From: the human T2T-CHM13v2.0 reference genome, Homo sapiens
Length of the DNA: 64,000 nt
Strand: one strand, 5' to 3'
Assembly (NCBI RefSeq): GCF_009914755.1
Contig: NC_060936.1
The notes beneath the pieces were generated by a model, which saw only the letters and a program-made list of their open reading frames with translations, had not been told where the DNA came from and searched no databases. The first letter of the stretch is position 1, and each line of letters starts with the position of its first letter. Below, in pieces: positions 1 to 17,599 of this stretch. Both the position numbers and the translations under genes were made by a program.

Positions 1-63
1 GATTACGCCACTGCGTTCCAGCCTGGGTAAAAAAGCAAGACCCTGTCCCAAAAAAAAAAAAAG
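1..63 (+). mobile_element. Alu 3' end with poly(A)
   Basis: ccactgc...ccagcctggg...aagaccctgtc followed by an A tail. Confidence 0.85.
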
Positions 64-82
64 AAATCATTTGTTTTTGTAA

Positions 83-475
<393 letters not shown>

Positions 476-728
476 CCACACTGTTTTGATTACTGTAGCT
501 TTGTTGTAAGTTTTGAAATTGAGAAGTGTAAATTCTCCATCTTTGTTCTTTTTCAAAATTGTTTGTCTATCTAGGATGTCTTGGGATTCCATACGAATTT
601 AGGATTTTTTTTTTCTGCAAAAAACACCAAATGGATTTTGATAGGGATTGTGTTGAATGTGTAGATGGCTTCAGATGGTATTGACATTTTAATAATACTA
701 AGTCTTCTAATTCATAGACATGAGATGT

Positions 729-1082
729 TGTGTTAGTTCATTTTCACACTGCTATAAAGAAATACCTGAGACTGGGTAATTCATAATGGAAAGAAGTTTA
801 ATTATCCACAGTTCCACATCAGTAGGGAGGCCTCAGGAAACTTAGAATCAAGGCAAAAGGCAAAGGAAAAGCAAAGACCTTCTTCACATGGCAGCAGGAG
901 AGAGAACTGCAAGCAGGGGAAGTGCCAGATGTTTATAAAACTATCAGGTCTCATGAGAACTTCCTATCATGAGAACAACATGGGGGAACCACCCCCATGA
1001 TCCTATCACCTCCCTCTCTCAGCACATGGGGATTACAATTCGAGAGGAGATTTGGGTGGGGACACAGAGTCAAACCGTATCA
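729..1082 (-). mobile_element. MaLR solo LTR (THE1D/MSTA-like) with 5-bp TSD GATGT
   Basis: TG...CA termini, THE1/MST motifs (gagactgggtaat, gggattacaattcgag, gggacacagag), and GATGT at 724-728 and 1083-1087. Confidence 0.88.
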
Positions 1083-2041
1083 GATGTGTTTCCATTTATG
1101 TCTTTAATTTATTTCAGCAATGTTTTATAGTATTCATTGTACATGTGTTTTAATGTGTTTCACCTTCTTGGGGTTAATTCCTAAGTTTTTTTTTTTTAGT
1201 TATTGTTAATGGAATTGTTTTTGTAATTTCCTTTTCAGATTGTTCATTGTTAGTATGTAGAAATGCAACTGATTTTTATGTTTTGACTTTGTATCTTGTA
1301 CTTGGTTGAATTAATTTATTCTGACACTTCTTTTGTGTGGAATCTTTAGGGTTTTCCCTAGGTAAGATCATATAATCTGTGAACAGAGATAGTTTTACTT
1401 CCATCCCAATTTAGATGCCTTTTTATTTTTCTTGCCTGATTGTTCTGACCTGTGTTGAGTAAAAACGGCAAAAGTGGATATCCTTCCTTGACTTGTTTGT
1501 GATCCTAGAGGAAAGTTTTCCATCTTTGACCATTGAGTATGATGTTAGCTGTAGGTTTTTCATAGATGGCTTTTATTACGTTGAGGTGGTTGACTTCTGT
1601 TCTTAATTTGTTGAGCCTTTCATCATGAAAGGGTGTTGAATTTTGTCATGCTTTTTCTGCATCAATTCAGACAGTCATATGGTTATTTTTCTTCATTCTG
1701 TTAATGTGTATTATTAGATTGATCTGTTTTTCTTATGTTGAACCATCTTTGGAATAAATCCCACTAAGTCATGGTGTGTATTCCTTTTAATATGCAGTCG
1801 AACTTGGTTTGTTAATATTTTGTTAAGGATTTTGCATCCGTGTTCATTAGAATATTGGCCTATAGTTTTCTTATAGTGTCTTTGCCTCGCTTTGGTATCA
1901 GAGTAATGCTGGTTTCATGTAATGACTTAGAAAGTATTCTCTTGAGGTTTTTAGAAAAGTTTGAGGAGGTATTAGTTCTTTAAATGTTTGGTAGAATTAA
2001 CCAGTGGAAGCCATCAGGTTCAAAGTTTTCCTTTGTTGGGA

Positions 2042-2362
2042 TTTTTTTTTTTTTTTTTTTTTTTTTGAGACAGGTCTCCCTTGTTACCCAGGCTGGAGTA
2101 CAGTGGTATGAACACAGTTCACTGCAGCCTTGACCTACTGGGCTCAAGCAGACTCCTGCCTCAGCTCCCAAGTAGCCGGGACCACAGGCGTGTACCACTA
2201 CACCCAGCTAATTTAAACAATAAAATAATATTTTAAATTTTTTGTAGATACAGGGTCTTGCTGTCTTGCCCAGGCTGGTCTGGAACTCCTGGTCACAAGC
2301 CATCCTCCCACCTTGGCTTCCCAAAGTGTTGAGATTACAGGCATGAGCCACTGTGTCCGACC
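2042..2362 (-). mobile_element. Alu (AluJ-like)
   Basis: Antisense Alu with poly(T). Confidence 0.85.
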
Positions 2363-2470
2363 TAATAATTCTTTTAAATGCATTAGTCTCTTGAATTATG
2401 TAAAAAATAGAATATGGAATTATAAACCAAAGTTAATAATAATACTAGCTTTTAGAATAAAAATAATTTT

Positions 2471-2775
<305 letters not shown>

Positions 2776-3014
2776 TTAGTTCCTTAAGTCATGTGGAAAA
2801 CAAATAGTGTTTGCAGACTATTGTTAGAATAATACTAGTTGTTACAATTGGCCTTTTTTTTTTTACTTTATTGAGATTTTAAAAAAATTCATATGGCTTC
2901 AAGTTACTACATAGTATCCTTTGCAGGGCATTTCTTGAGCACTTCTTGCAGGCCCGGTCTAGTAGTAATGAACTCCATCAGCTTTCGTCTGGGAATCTTA
3001 ATTTCCCCCTCACT

Positions 3015-3340
<326 letters not shown>

Positions 3341-5098
3341 TGATTTCTTTCTCACTTTTGAAGGACAGTTTTCCCAGATAGGATTCATGGGTGACAGCTT
3401 TTTTTCTTTTAGTTAGCACTTTGAATATGTTGCACTGCTGCCTTCTAGCCTTCAAAGTTTCTAGTTTGAAATGTGCTTGAAGTCTAATTGAGCATCCCTT
3501 TTATATAGTGAATCACTTCTTTCTTGTTGCTTTCAGGTTTCCTTCTTTGTCCTTTAGAAAGTTTGATTATCATTTTGTGTGTGTGTGGGGGGGGGTTTCT
3601 TTGAGTTCATCTTTTTTTGAGTTCTTTGAACTTCTTGGATGCTATATTCTTGTATTTCATCAAATTTGGGGAGTTTCCAGTCATTACTTTTTCAATTATT
3701 GTTTACCTTTCTACTTCTTCTGAAAATTTCCATAATGCATATATTGGTATACTTGATATACAGGTCCCTGAGGTTCTGTTCACTTTAATCTTTTTTATTC
3801 TTAGACTTGGTGATTTCCCTTGTCCTTATCTTCAGGTTTGCTGGTTCTTTTTTTTGCCTGCTCAAATACTTTTGAATTCTCCTTGTGAATTTTTCATTTC
3901 AGTTACTGTACTTTTCAGCTCCAGAAATTTCTTTTTCTTTTAGGTTTTCTGTTTCTTTTTTGATATTTTCATTTTGTTCATACATTTTTTTTTTTTTGGC
4001 TCTCTCAATGTCTTCCTTTAATTTTTTAAGTATCTTTAGAAGAGTTGTTTTGAAGGCTTTGTGTAGTGGTAGATCTGCCATCAGGTTTTTTTTCAGGGAT
4101 AGTTTCTGTCGATTTATTATTTTCCTTTGATGGGTGTTCTTATTTCCTTGTATGCCTTGTGACTTTATGTTGAACACTGCCTGTTTCAATGTGATATGGT
4201 AATTCTGAAAATCAGATATTCCCCCTTCCCCAGCATTTCTTTCAGATTTTTTGTGTTGGTTTTTTTGTTTTTCATTCTTGTAACCAATCTCTGCCAAGGA
4301 TCCACCTGAGGTGTGAACTTCAGGTTTTCTCAGGTCTTTCCCTGGGCATGTGTGCTCACTTTTAGAATTTTCTCATATATGCAGTTGTTTTTGAATGACC
4401 TAGTCTTTAATATCTGGGCCCCAGAGGGGGAGAACAAGAAAAATGAGTATGGACGGGAGGCCATGCTGAGTGTGAGGGAGTGGAGGGGAAAGGGGTGCTC
4501 ACCATTTAAATCCTCTGAAAGTCACTTCAGCCACAGGGGTGTGTAAGCGCTGAGGTGTGCAACTATGAGGGGAGATGCAACAACAGTGGCCACTTCTGTA
4601 TCTGCACCTATGTGACCAGAAGCAGCAACCAGGGATCAAAGCACAGATCCCTGATGTTTAGGACATAGACTGTTCTGCCCACTCCCATACCCCCAAGCTG
4701 TGTGCGTGTTGCTCCAGGAACACGAGCCAACCATGAGTTTATGGAACGGTATGTAGCAGTGCTGCTACTGTGCTGAGAGCTAAAATGGATGGAAATAACC
4801 ACACTTGACCATCCCATTATTCCCCTGGAAGTTGCAAGGCTTCAGTAGACTCCAGAGTTCCCAAGTACTTACATTAGACAGATTTTGTCAGTGCACTTGT
4901 TGTCTATTTAGGGAGGCAGATTCCTGGTGCTTAATACTTCACTATCCTCCCATAATCCTCTGCAAAGTATTTTAAACAGGAAGTTACAATGTACAAAGCA
5001 GTTTTTCTGATTGTCCCTTGTTTTTAAATGTTACAAAATTAAGTTGCTATGAAAATTTTGCACTTTGAATAATAAAGCATATGTTACTCTTTTTTTAG

Positions 5099-5206
<108 letters not shown>

Positions 5207-5509
5207 TAAAATATATCTTATTTTGAAATTGATTTTACAAACTATTGTCGAGTGCTTTCTTTGGGTCAGCTGCTTCATGTTTCTATCTTGGTAATTCAAG
5301 GAAAGAAGACGGGAAATGACCTGCTTAGAGCATGGTAGGAGTAGTGTTGTAACTAACTGGAAACTATTGCCAAGCCACTCTGTTAGCTGATAAGAAAACA
5401 CCTGAGGAAATATCCTAGGGCAGCCAAAATGTGCAGCCAGTTTTCTGTGACTAGTCAAATCAAGGCTGAGAGAAGCCAGGTCTCTTGCCATTGATGACTT
5501 CTCATTGTG

Positions 5510-5838
5510 ATTTTTTTTGTTGTTGTTTTTTGTTTTGTTTGTTTTTTAAAGACAGGGTCTCGTTCCGTCATCCAGGCTGGAGCGCAGTGGTGCAACCAGA
5601 GCTCACTGTAGTTTCAACCTCCCAGGCTTAGGCTTAAGCGATCCTCCCACCTTAGCCCTCCCGGGTAGTTGGGACTACAGGTGTGGGCCACCATGCCCGG
5701 CTGATTTTTAATTTTTTTGTAGAGACGAAGTCTCACTGTGTTGCTCAGTCTGATTTTGAACTACTGAGCTCAAGCGATCCTCCCACCTCAGCCTCCCAAA
5801 GTGCAGGGATAACAGGTGTGAGCCACTGCTCCTAGCCT
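5510..5838 (-). mobile_element. Alu (AluJ-like)
   Basis: Antisense Alu. Confidence 0.85.
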
Positions 5839-6370
5839 GTGGTTTTTTGGAATCACATTCAGAATTTGGAGGCCAGTTCCTTCTGTATCACTTTAATTCC
5901 CAAGTTCCTTTGCCTTCTAGTCTTTACCAGTGACTACCTCAAGTATATACTCCCAGAGTCCCCTGTGCTTTCTGGTGCTGTACGTTAACCTCTGTCAGTC
6001 CAGTCCTCCTCTGGCTCCCAGGTCTGTCTGACCATCCCCCAGCCACCATCCTCCTCCCTCATCTGTGCTCATTATTCTCTGTGATCCTGCTGTAATAACT
6101 TCCTTATAGACTATTTTCTATATTTCCTTTAACAGAATTCTGTCTCTCTTTGTAGACTGTGAGTGGAGACTCTCATGTTGTTTTCTTGCCTCTTAGTAAA
6201 TTCACACCATTCAGCATTCTTTGCATTTCCTGTTGCCCATTATGTGTTTCTACCAAGAGCAGAAGTGATTCTTCCTCTGGAACCTGACCGTGCCTTCTAT
6301 ATAGACAGTTACCACCAACGTAACAGTCCTCTTTCATGTCTAAATACTGAAATTTATTACCAGACTTAAA

Positions 6371-8112
<1,742 letters not shown>

Positions 8113-8139
8113 GAATACTCTTGATGTTACTCACACTTA

Positions 8140-8335
8140 GGTAGGAGGTGTGGGATAATGAAGAAAACACACTTTGGGGTTCAGGCAGTTTTTACTTGGA
8201 GTCTTAGATAAATCTGTAACCTGAATACCCAAGTTTCTTGACTGTAGTAGGGTTAATGGTATCTAGTTTATTTTGAGAAATGTAAATTGTGTGATAGTGC
8301 CTGGAATTTATTAAGTATTCAACAAATATTTGTCA
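8140..8335. mobile_element. MIR-like fragment
   Basis: Degenerate MIR motifs (agtttcttgactgta...; gtgcctgg...aagtattcaacaaat). Confidence 0.45.
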
Positions 8336-8819
8336 TTCTGTCCCCTTCTCACCCCAATTCTGGGATTAGTGCCACAAATACAGTGCTTATTCAGGCTCTT
8401 CCAAATCGCTCTTCGCATCCAGGAAATTACTTACCTGATGAGAAAAATAGCCAAACAAGCCTAACACTCTTTAACATTTTTTCCACGTTGCATAAAGAAC
8501 ATGGCAAAATACCAGGATTGGCAAATGCCGGGATTTGCCCATCTTCTCCCTATTCTTATGTTTTTATCTCTGTTCTTCAAGGAAGAAATATTCTGTCTTC
8601 TATACAGTATTTTCTTTAAAATTTTTTTAAATTGTTAGCTCAAACACTGCGTTAAGGATCTTCTTTTCAGTGTTAATCCTCCACCTCCTTTGAGATACCA
8701 ACTTATTACGCCTTTTCTCTACATACTCAGCCTTTCCCCTAGTGGCTCCTCTCAGTGTGAAAGCACATGTGGAGGAGAATAAAAATCATAGCATTAGATA
8801 TCCTTCCATGATTCTCATG

Positions 8820-9123
8820 ATTTTTTTTTTTTTTTTGAGAGAGACTTTTGCTCTTGTTGCCCAGGCTGGAGTACAATGGTGCGCGATCTCGGCTCATCAC
8901 AACCTCCGCCTCCCAGGTTCAAGCAGTTCTCCTGCCTCAGCCTCCCGAGTAGCTGGGATTACATGCGCCACCACGCCCAGCAATTTTTTTTTTTTTTTTT
9001 TTTTTAGTAGATGTGGTGTTTCTCCATGTTGGTCAGGCGGTCTTGAACTCCCAACCTTAGGTGATCTGCCTGCCTCGGCCTCCCAAAGTCTGGGATTACA
9101 GGCGTGAGGCACCGCACCCAGCC
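8820..9123 (-). mobile_element. Alu (AluS)
   Basis: Antisense Alu. Confidence 0.9.
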
Positions 9124-10322
9124 GATTCACATATTCTACTTTTGGCTTTTACTTACTGTTATGTGAAATTTTTACAATTTATTTTTACATTAAGACATGA
9201 TTTAAATTTACTATGTTCCTTAGTAAGGGTAAACATACTTTTCTTTGTATCCTAGCCAAAGCCATAAGGAAAGCAAAAGATTTTTAAAGGCTAGAATTTA
9301 GAAGATCTCATTTCCAGTGTGCTTTTCTTTGGAAAATGTTTTGTCCAGTTCTTTAAATAGCTTAGAACCAGTTTTAGGAGTTGCTGCTTCTATTAACACT
9401 TTATGAGCTCCCCAGAAGCAAGATTCTTAACCCAAAGAAAGCTGAGATTAAGAGCATAAATGCCAAGTTAATTTGAGGAATTTATGGGACTAGAACATGG
9501 GCCTTCTGATTTCTAGGTTCACTGCTACAAATGAACAGAATCTATTTCCAAATTCGTGAGTCTTATGTCAACTTGGAGTACACACTGTAGCAGTCTGCTT
9601 GGGGGACTACCTCTAGAGTTAGTTATTTCTCTTTTTTGAGAATTTGCTGAAATTTTTGTAAATTCCAACACTAGCCAACATATACCAATGTCTTCTCTTT
9701 TTCCTTTCATTTTCTCCTAATTCTACAACTTGTTTGGTATGTGGTCTGCCTTTCAAGGTATGGTAGGTGACAGTTTGACTTAATGTTTTAGTCACTGCAT
9801 AATAATTCCAGCCTGCAACATCGGGATTTTTAATATCTACCCTTTTACCTCTTCCATTAAGCTAGTGCAGCATTTTTGGTTTCATTATTTCAGTACCCCT
9901 CTTTTGATCCCTGTTATTTTATTGATCAGTGTTCTTAGTTTAAGGCAACAATCCATTTTTATAGTTTAAGCAGAGAGGATGTGGAAAAATCATGATAATA
10001 GGGAGATGAAGAAATGGATTCCGGGTTGAACTTTCCAGAACAAATCAAAACACATAGCACAAACGGGCCATCAAAGGAGTATCTTAATCTCCTTTGATCA
10101 GGAAGCAATAGAATTAAAAAGTGATTGTTAACAAATTACTGGTCCCAGAATTAGCCTGTGCTGTTACAACCTGCATAAGTAAAAAATGAATTCCCCTGTA
10201 CCCTCATTTTTCTGTGTAACTAACATATTAGGTTGGTATGGCTAAGAAACTTTCTTTAAAAAAATTGATTGGCTTGTAAGGGTCAGTCTGCAAAGTTTGA
10301 ATTTTAAAATAAGCTTGTTACT

Positions 10323-10700
10323 TGTCAACCTAAATAACAAACAGAGGCTCTCTAAAAGAAAATGATGTTTGGGAATAGAGCATTGCAGTGGGAATGCCAT
10401 AGTAAACTTGTGCATATTCAGGGAGGTAAGGAAGACAGAGGTTTTTGAAGACGAAAATGAGGATGACATAATTGTTTTGAAATAATTATCCTTGGCTCCA
10501 AAGATTAATAACAAAAGTGACGCCAGTCGGAGGTTGGGCAGGCAGTTGTTGGGCAGATGTCCTTGCAGAAGTATTTTTTTGTGTAAGGTTGCAGTGGGCT
10601 TTGTGCAAGGTTATGGTTTTCATAGTCATTTTCATTATCAGGTGTATAAGCATGAGAACCCTCTCTTCATGGCTTTCCCTAGCTCTGTTTGAGTCTGACA
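10323..10700. mobile_element. ERV1-class solo LTR (MER39/MER93-like)
   Basis: tgtcaacctaaataacaaacaga...tctgaca with inverted TGTCA/TGACA termini; family call from memory. Confidence 0.55.
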
Positions 10701-10864
10701 ACTTTGACACATTTATATAAGAAGGTTGTTGTGAAGAGTGAATTGATTTGTTTTTCTTGCTGTCCCACTAAGTTTGTAACATACTTGTTCATTGCTTCAG
10801 ACTACTTAATTCTGCTCTAGAAGAAAGGTAGCTCATACTGAGGATTCTAGAGTTATAGAGTTAA

Positions 10865-11180
<316 letters not shown>

Positions 11181-11324
11181 TTTTTAGCCCTTTTTTAAAA
11201 TTTGAAATATTAACACAAAATGCACAAAGCATAAAAACTCAGCTTCTCAATTGCAGAAGCTACGTAACCTCACTCCTCAAGAAATTGAATATTGCCAGTA
11301 TTCCAGAAGACGCTCAGTCTCATT

Positions 11325-11693
11325 TTCTTAGTCCGTTTTGTGCTGCTACAGCAGAATACCTGAGACTAGGTAATTTATAAAGAACAGAAATTGATTTCTC
11401 ACAGTGTTGGAGGCTGGGAAGATTGAGGGACTGGCATCTGGTGAAGGTCTTCTTGCTGCATCATCCTATGGCATTAGGCAGAAGGGCAATGAGAAGTTTG
11501 AGAGAGAGAGCAAGAAATGGTCAAACTTGTCCTTTACAGGGAACCCACTCCTGAGATAATGGCTTGAATTCATTGATGAGAGTGGTGCCTCCATGGCCCA
11601 AACTCCTCCTGTTAGGTCCCACCTCCCAACACCATCACACTGGGGATGAAATTCCCAATACATGACCTTTGGGGGATACATTCAAACCATAGC
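11325..11693 (-). mobile_element. MaLR solo LTR (MSTB/MSTD-like)
   Basis: cttagtccgttttgtgctgcta...gagactaggtaatttataaagaacagaaatt...cattcaaaccatagca. Confidence 0.82.
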
Positions 11694-12432
11694 AGCAATA
11701 CACTGCTTTCCAATTACAGCAGCCTGCCTCTAGTGAGCCACCATCTTGGCTTGTGGGGTCAGTTTGCCAGGTCTTAGAGAAATAGTAATGATGTCTGAAT
11801 TTTAAAATATATTTAGCTTATCAGCACTGCAAGTATGAAAGGATTTTCATTTGCTTTTCTTTATGTCTTTACTACCTAATTATGCATCCCTAAACTAGTT
11901 TTATTGCCTAATTTTGAACTATTATATATATGTGGAATTGTACAGTATATATGTAATTGTGCCTTTTTCTGCTCATTTTGTCAGTTTTAAAACAACTGGA
12001 ATAAAAAAGCTAGACGTTTTATTCCAGTTGTTAAATGTATTCCTAGCTTTTTGTTTTGATTGTTGAATGTTATTCCCTCGTGAATATGCCACAATTTGTC
12101 TATTCTGTCCTTGCTGTCATGACAGTGGGATGTTTAGATTTTCTTTCTTCTTTCTTACTTCTATTTCTTAATTACTGTGTCTCAGCCACATAGGTTTTCT
12201 TTTTGAACATTTGAAATGTTGATATAAAGTTTTATAATACTGTCATATTAACAGTATCTTTCACATTATCTTTTGGTCTGTAACAATACAAATATGTATT
12301 TTTTATGTTTCTAATAATTTGTGTACATGGCATTTTATTTGTTGTTAACAGTACCTCCTTATACCTCCTTAGATGACCTCCCTTGTGCCCTTAATCCTGT
12401 ATTTCTTTCTTCCATCCTCCCTTCTAGCACCG

Positions 12433-12736
12433 TTTTTTTTTTTTTTTTTTTTTTTTTGAGACGGAGTTGCTTTCGCCCAGGCTGAAGTGCAGTGATGTGA
12501 TCTTGGCTCACGGCAACCTCCGCTTCCCGGGTTCAAGTGATTCTCCTGCCTCAGCCTCCTGAGTAGCTGGAATTACAGGCCCCCACCACCACACCCAGCG
12601 AATTTTTGTATTTGTAGTAGAGACAGGGTTTTGCCATGTTGGTCAGGCTGGTCTCGAACTCCTGACCTCAGGTGATCCGCTTGCCTCGGCCTCCCAGAGT
12701 GCTGGGATTACAGGCATGAGCCACTGCACCTGGCCT
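12433..12736 (-). mobile_element. Alu (AluSx-like)
   Basis: Antisense Alu about 200 bp upstream of the METAP2 exon at 12939. Confidence 0.9.
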
Positions 12737-12907
12737 ACTTCTAGTATTAATAACACTGCAACTACTTTTTATATTCCACTAGATTCCAGTTTATATTAAA
12801 CTACCTTAATGTAAGGTTATTTAGTAAAGCCATACCTGGTTTTTGAATAAATGCTTGAACTCTGTACCAAAATGTAAGAGATCTGTTTTTGCTTCTTGAG
12901 ATCCTGA

Positions 12908-13108
<201 letters not shown>

Positions 13109-13468
13109 TAGTTAAATATATGGTTATACTGACCAGAATTAGCTGCTTATCATCCATATTCACCCTGCCAGGAATTGGGCCATTTGAATTTGCAAATTGT
13201 GTATAGTCAGCACTAAATCAGTTGTGGAAATTGGGGCTGTGAAAGGGTTGTTTATTCAACATTTAATGAATATTTATTGAGCATTCTCAGGTGCCAGTCT
13301 CTTTATAGTAGGCTCTAGGGGTAGAGCTGTGAACATAATTCATAGGGGGAAGCAGAAAGACCAAAAAGTGCTAAGGAGATAAAGCAGGGCAAGGCTAGAT
13401 AAGGACCGCCAGGGGCTATTTCATGTTGCTGCTTAATCAGGTAGAGACTTCAAGAGATGGTAATTGTA

Positions 13469-13961
<493 letters not shown>

Positions 13962-14131
13962 TGAGAGACGAGACGATTGATTTTATGTGGCTAATTAGCA
14001 TCTCTTCTGAGTTAACAGCATTTCTAAAAAATGTGGCATACATACAAAATAGTATATTCATGAATGTAGAGTTCTGTAGCCCAACAATAAGAAAAAAAAA
14101 TAGCCTGTTAAACATTTTAACTGAGATAAAA

Positions 14132-14134
<3 letters not shown>

Positions 14135-14173
<39 letters not shown>
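14135..14173. repeat. (CA)n microsatellite
   Basis: Pure AC repeat. Confidence 0.95.
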
Positions 14174-14174
<1 letters not shown>

Positions 14175-14433
14175 GTGCTCTCTTCAAGTCCGGTTTCTGA
14201 TAATCATAAATGTCAGAGATTATTTTGCTAGCATTCCTAGGTTTTTGCTTTAATATTTTCCCATTGGTAAACTTCCATTTACAGCGTCTTTCAATTTACA
14301 TTGAAATTTTTTAACATTTGAAGATGATTGAAATCTGCATTTACATCTTTTATATGCAGGTCTTTGAGCTTGCTGCACACAAAAGGAAATTCACATCATA
14401 ATACCCTGTAGTAGGTCTCTAGTGGGGAATATA

Positions 14434-14464
14434 ACACACACACACGCACACGCGCGCGCACGTA
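14434..14464. repeat. (CA)n/(CG)n alternating purine-pyrimidine tract
   Basis: acacacacacacgcacacgcgcgcgcacgta. Confidence 0.85.
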
Positions 14465-14602
14465 GACACGTAAACATGATAAGATGGCCTCCAGCTGGTG
14501 TCCTATTCAGCTGCCATCTATAATTAGGTATGGGCTATTATACATTCTGGCTTTTGATTGTTGAAAGAGCAACAATAAAAGTTTTTGGACTTCAACTACT
14601 AG

Positions 14603-14944
<342 letters not shown>

Positions 14945-15360
14945 ACTTAGTCCAAAGCCACCTCAACACCTTTATTTTCTGAGCTTTGTTGGAAAACATG
15001 ATACCAGAATTAATTTGCCACATGTTGTCTGTTTTAACAGTGGACCCATGTAATACTTTTATCCATGTTTAAAAAAGAAGGAATTTGGACAAAGGCAAAC
15101 CGTCTAATGTAATTAACCAACGAAAAAGCTTTCCGGACTTTTAAATGCTAACTGTTTTTCCCCTTCCTGTCTAGGAAAATGCTATAAAGCTCAAATTAGT
15201 TAGGAATGACTTATACGTTTTGTTTTGAATACCTAAGAGATACTTTTTGGATATTTATATTGCCATATTCTTACTTGAATGCTTTGAATGACTACATCCA
15301 GTTCTGCACCTATACCCTCTGGTGTTGCTTTTTAACCTTCCTGGAATCCATTTTCTAAAA

Positions 15361-15366
15361 AATAAA
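15361..15366 (+). terminator. Proximal polyadenylation signal AATAAA (METAP2)
   Basis: Canonical hexamer about 420 nt after the stop codon. Confidence 0.65.
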
Positions 15367-16856
15367 GACATTTTCAGATCTGAGAGCTACATCTCAATGT
15401 CTGTGGTTATAATTCTGGACAGGATAAATAGCTAAACTTAATGTAGGCAAATGCAGAGACATTTATCTGAAATGTAGACCTCTACACTGAGACTTTTCTG
15501 GCATAGTGGCTAAAACAAGATCTACACATGCATAAAAAGGGACAATCACCTTTTCTTCATAAATATACAGCTTTAGGAATATTTCACCATTCTTTGTAGG
15601 ACATAGTAGTCCTTGTCTTTTTTTCTCCTGACATTGGAAAGATGTGCTAATTGAAACTTGACTTAGTAGGAACATTGTGCCAACTCAAAACCTTGATTTA
15701 GTAAAAATCTCAATGTTTAGATCCTTTGTCCAGTGGTGGTGTTTATCAGGGAATGTATTCAGCTTGCTCAGAAAACCAAAAGGGTATTAAAGCCACAAAA
15801 GCAAAGAAGAAAAAAAAAAACTTCCCATGTTTGGATCTTGTTCTAGTTAGAAAAATTAAGTTGAAATTCTTGGACTTTTTCATTCATGAGGCAAATGCTG
15901 TAATACCTTCCCCTTTGACAGGTTTGGATTCTTAACATTACTAGTGGTATTTCAGGAAGTGACGTTACAGTTACTTTCCTTATAGCGGCTAAGTGTATTA
16001 AGTTGAATGTAACGATGGTAATATTAATTTGTTTGAACTGAGGCCCACTACTGATTCTTTGACAAATTGAATTCTTATATTTAAATAATTTTATGGGAAT
16101 GTTCCATCATAATTTCTAAATCATTTATATATCAAGGTAGCCTTAATTTGTATATGTTTCAGTACAATGAGATTTTATTGCCTCTGGGATGCTGTTTAGT
16201 TTGTATTTTGTTGAACGTTTTTATCCTAGGAAGAGAAACCTATGACTTGTGTACCTAGATCATCTGTTACATTAAAAAGCTGCTCTTTCAGCATTAGAGC
16301 TATAAATGAATGTTACCTTGTCGGGAAACAATCTAGGTTTTAGCTGTATGAGCTATGTTTATTATGGTGCTAATGTTCAGTAGCCACATTTGACTAATGT
16401 CTCCATTCTCTGTGATGCTGTGGCTAGCAGCAGAGCTCGCCAGTTCATGCCTGGACATACTGTCAGGGCTGGGCCCTCCAGCTAGCTCCTTTGGGGTTGA
16501 GTCCGTATCTTTTTGATGTGGAAGTATAAAGCAAGTATCTTGATTTCTAAACCCAGCAATTTTAGAATTGACCTTTATGAGTGAAGACTTTTGGAGCTTT
16601 TAAAGACCTTGGCAGTCATGATCTCAAACCAATTAGGAGCTCCAAGCTCCCTTCCCAGGTAACTGTTGGGAGCAATGGCATCACTGTATGCCCTTGTAAT
16701 GGCTGGAAGGGACATGATCTTGTAAGTAGGAAAGCTGTAACTAAAAATTGTATTGTTTGCTTATTAGCCATGTATCTCTTAAAATTTTGTTATGTTTACA
16801 ACGATGTACCTTATTGGCAACAAGTTATTAGTTTGATGTTTAACAATAGTGCCTTT

Positions 16857-16862
16857 AGTAAA
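16857..16862 (+). terminator. Distal variant polyadenylation signal AGTAAA (METAP2)
   Basis: Variant hexamer followed about 20 nt later by tgttgttttttgtt, a downstream-element-like tract. Confidence 0.5.
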
Positions 16863-17142
16863 TTATTTTACAACTAAAACATGTTGTTTTTTGTTAGATC
16901 AACTTAGCAGAATGTAGACGTCCATGTTGAGATTTAAGATAAATAGTAAGAAATCTAAGTTTCTGTTTATTGTTTAGGTTTTAATTTTATTGTTGGTATT
17001 TTGAGACATTTTTCACACTAAAATTTAGTGGAAAGTACTACAGATTTCCCAGACCCCCCCCCCAATAATATCCCCCTTTTCCAAGCCTCCCCCCATAGGT
17101 GTTTGTTAGTTTTAAGGGATTAAAAAGTAAAGGGCTAAGTCA

Positions 17143-17146
17143 CTTT

Positions 17147-17182
<36 letters not shown>

Positions 17183-17457
17183 CGGGAGTCTCGCTCTGTC
17201 ACCCAGGCTGGAGTGCAGTGGCGCGATCTCAGCTCACTGCAGCCGGGTTCAAGCTATTCTCCTGCCTCAGCCTCCTGAGTAGCTGGACTATAGATGCATG
17301 CTACCACGCCTGGCTAATTTTTTTTTTTTTTGTATTTTTAGTAGAGATGGGGTTTCACTGTGTTAGCCAGGATGGTCTTGATCTCCTGACCTTGTGATCT
17401 GCCCGCCTCGGCCTTCCAAAGTGCTGGGATTACAGGCATGAGCCATGGCGTCCGGCC
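17143..17457 (-). mobile_element. Alu between the two 3' ends
   Basis: Long poly(T) plus antisense Alu with a small internal deletion. Confidence 0.9.
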
Positions 17458-17599
17458 TCTTGTATGTTATGTTTTTATATTGAAATAAGTACAAGCAACG
17501 ATACCATTACAAATAGCTCAGGAGTTTTTACAGTTCCATTAAAATGACGTGCTAAAATGTATAACGTTAAAAATAGTCCTTGAAATTAGAAAAGAGTAG

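Larger units (their letters stand above)
14945..16880 (+). other. METAP2: METAP2 3' UTR (long form; proximal poly(A) site also likely)
   Basis: AU-rich stretch without Alus after the stop codon. AATAAA at 15361-15366; AGTAAA at 16857-16862 followed by a GU/U-rich tract. The exact end is inferred. Confidence 0.7.
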
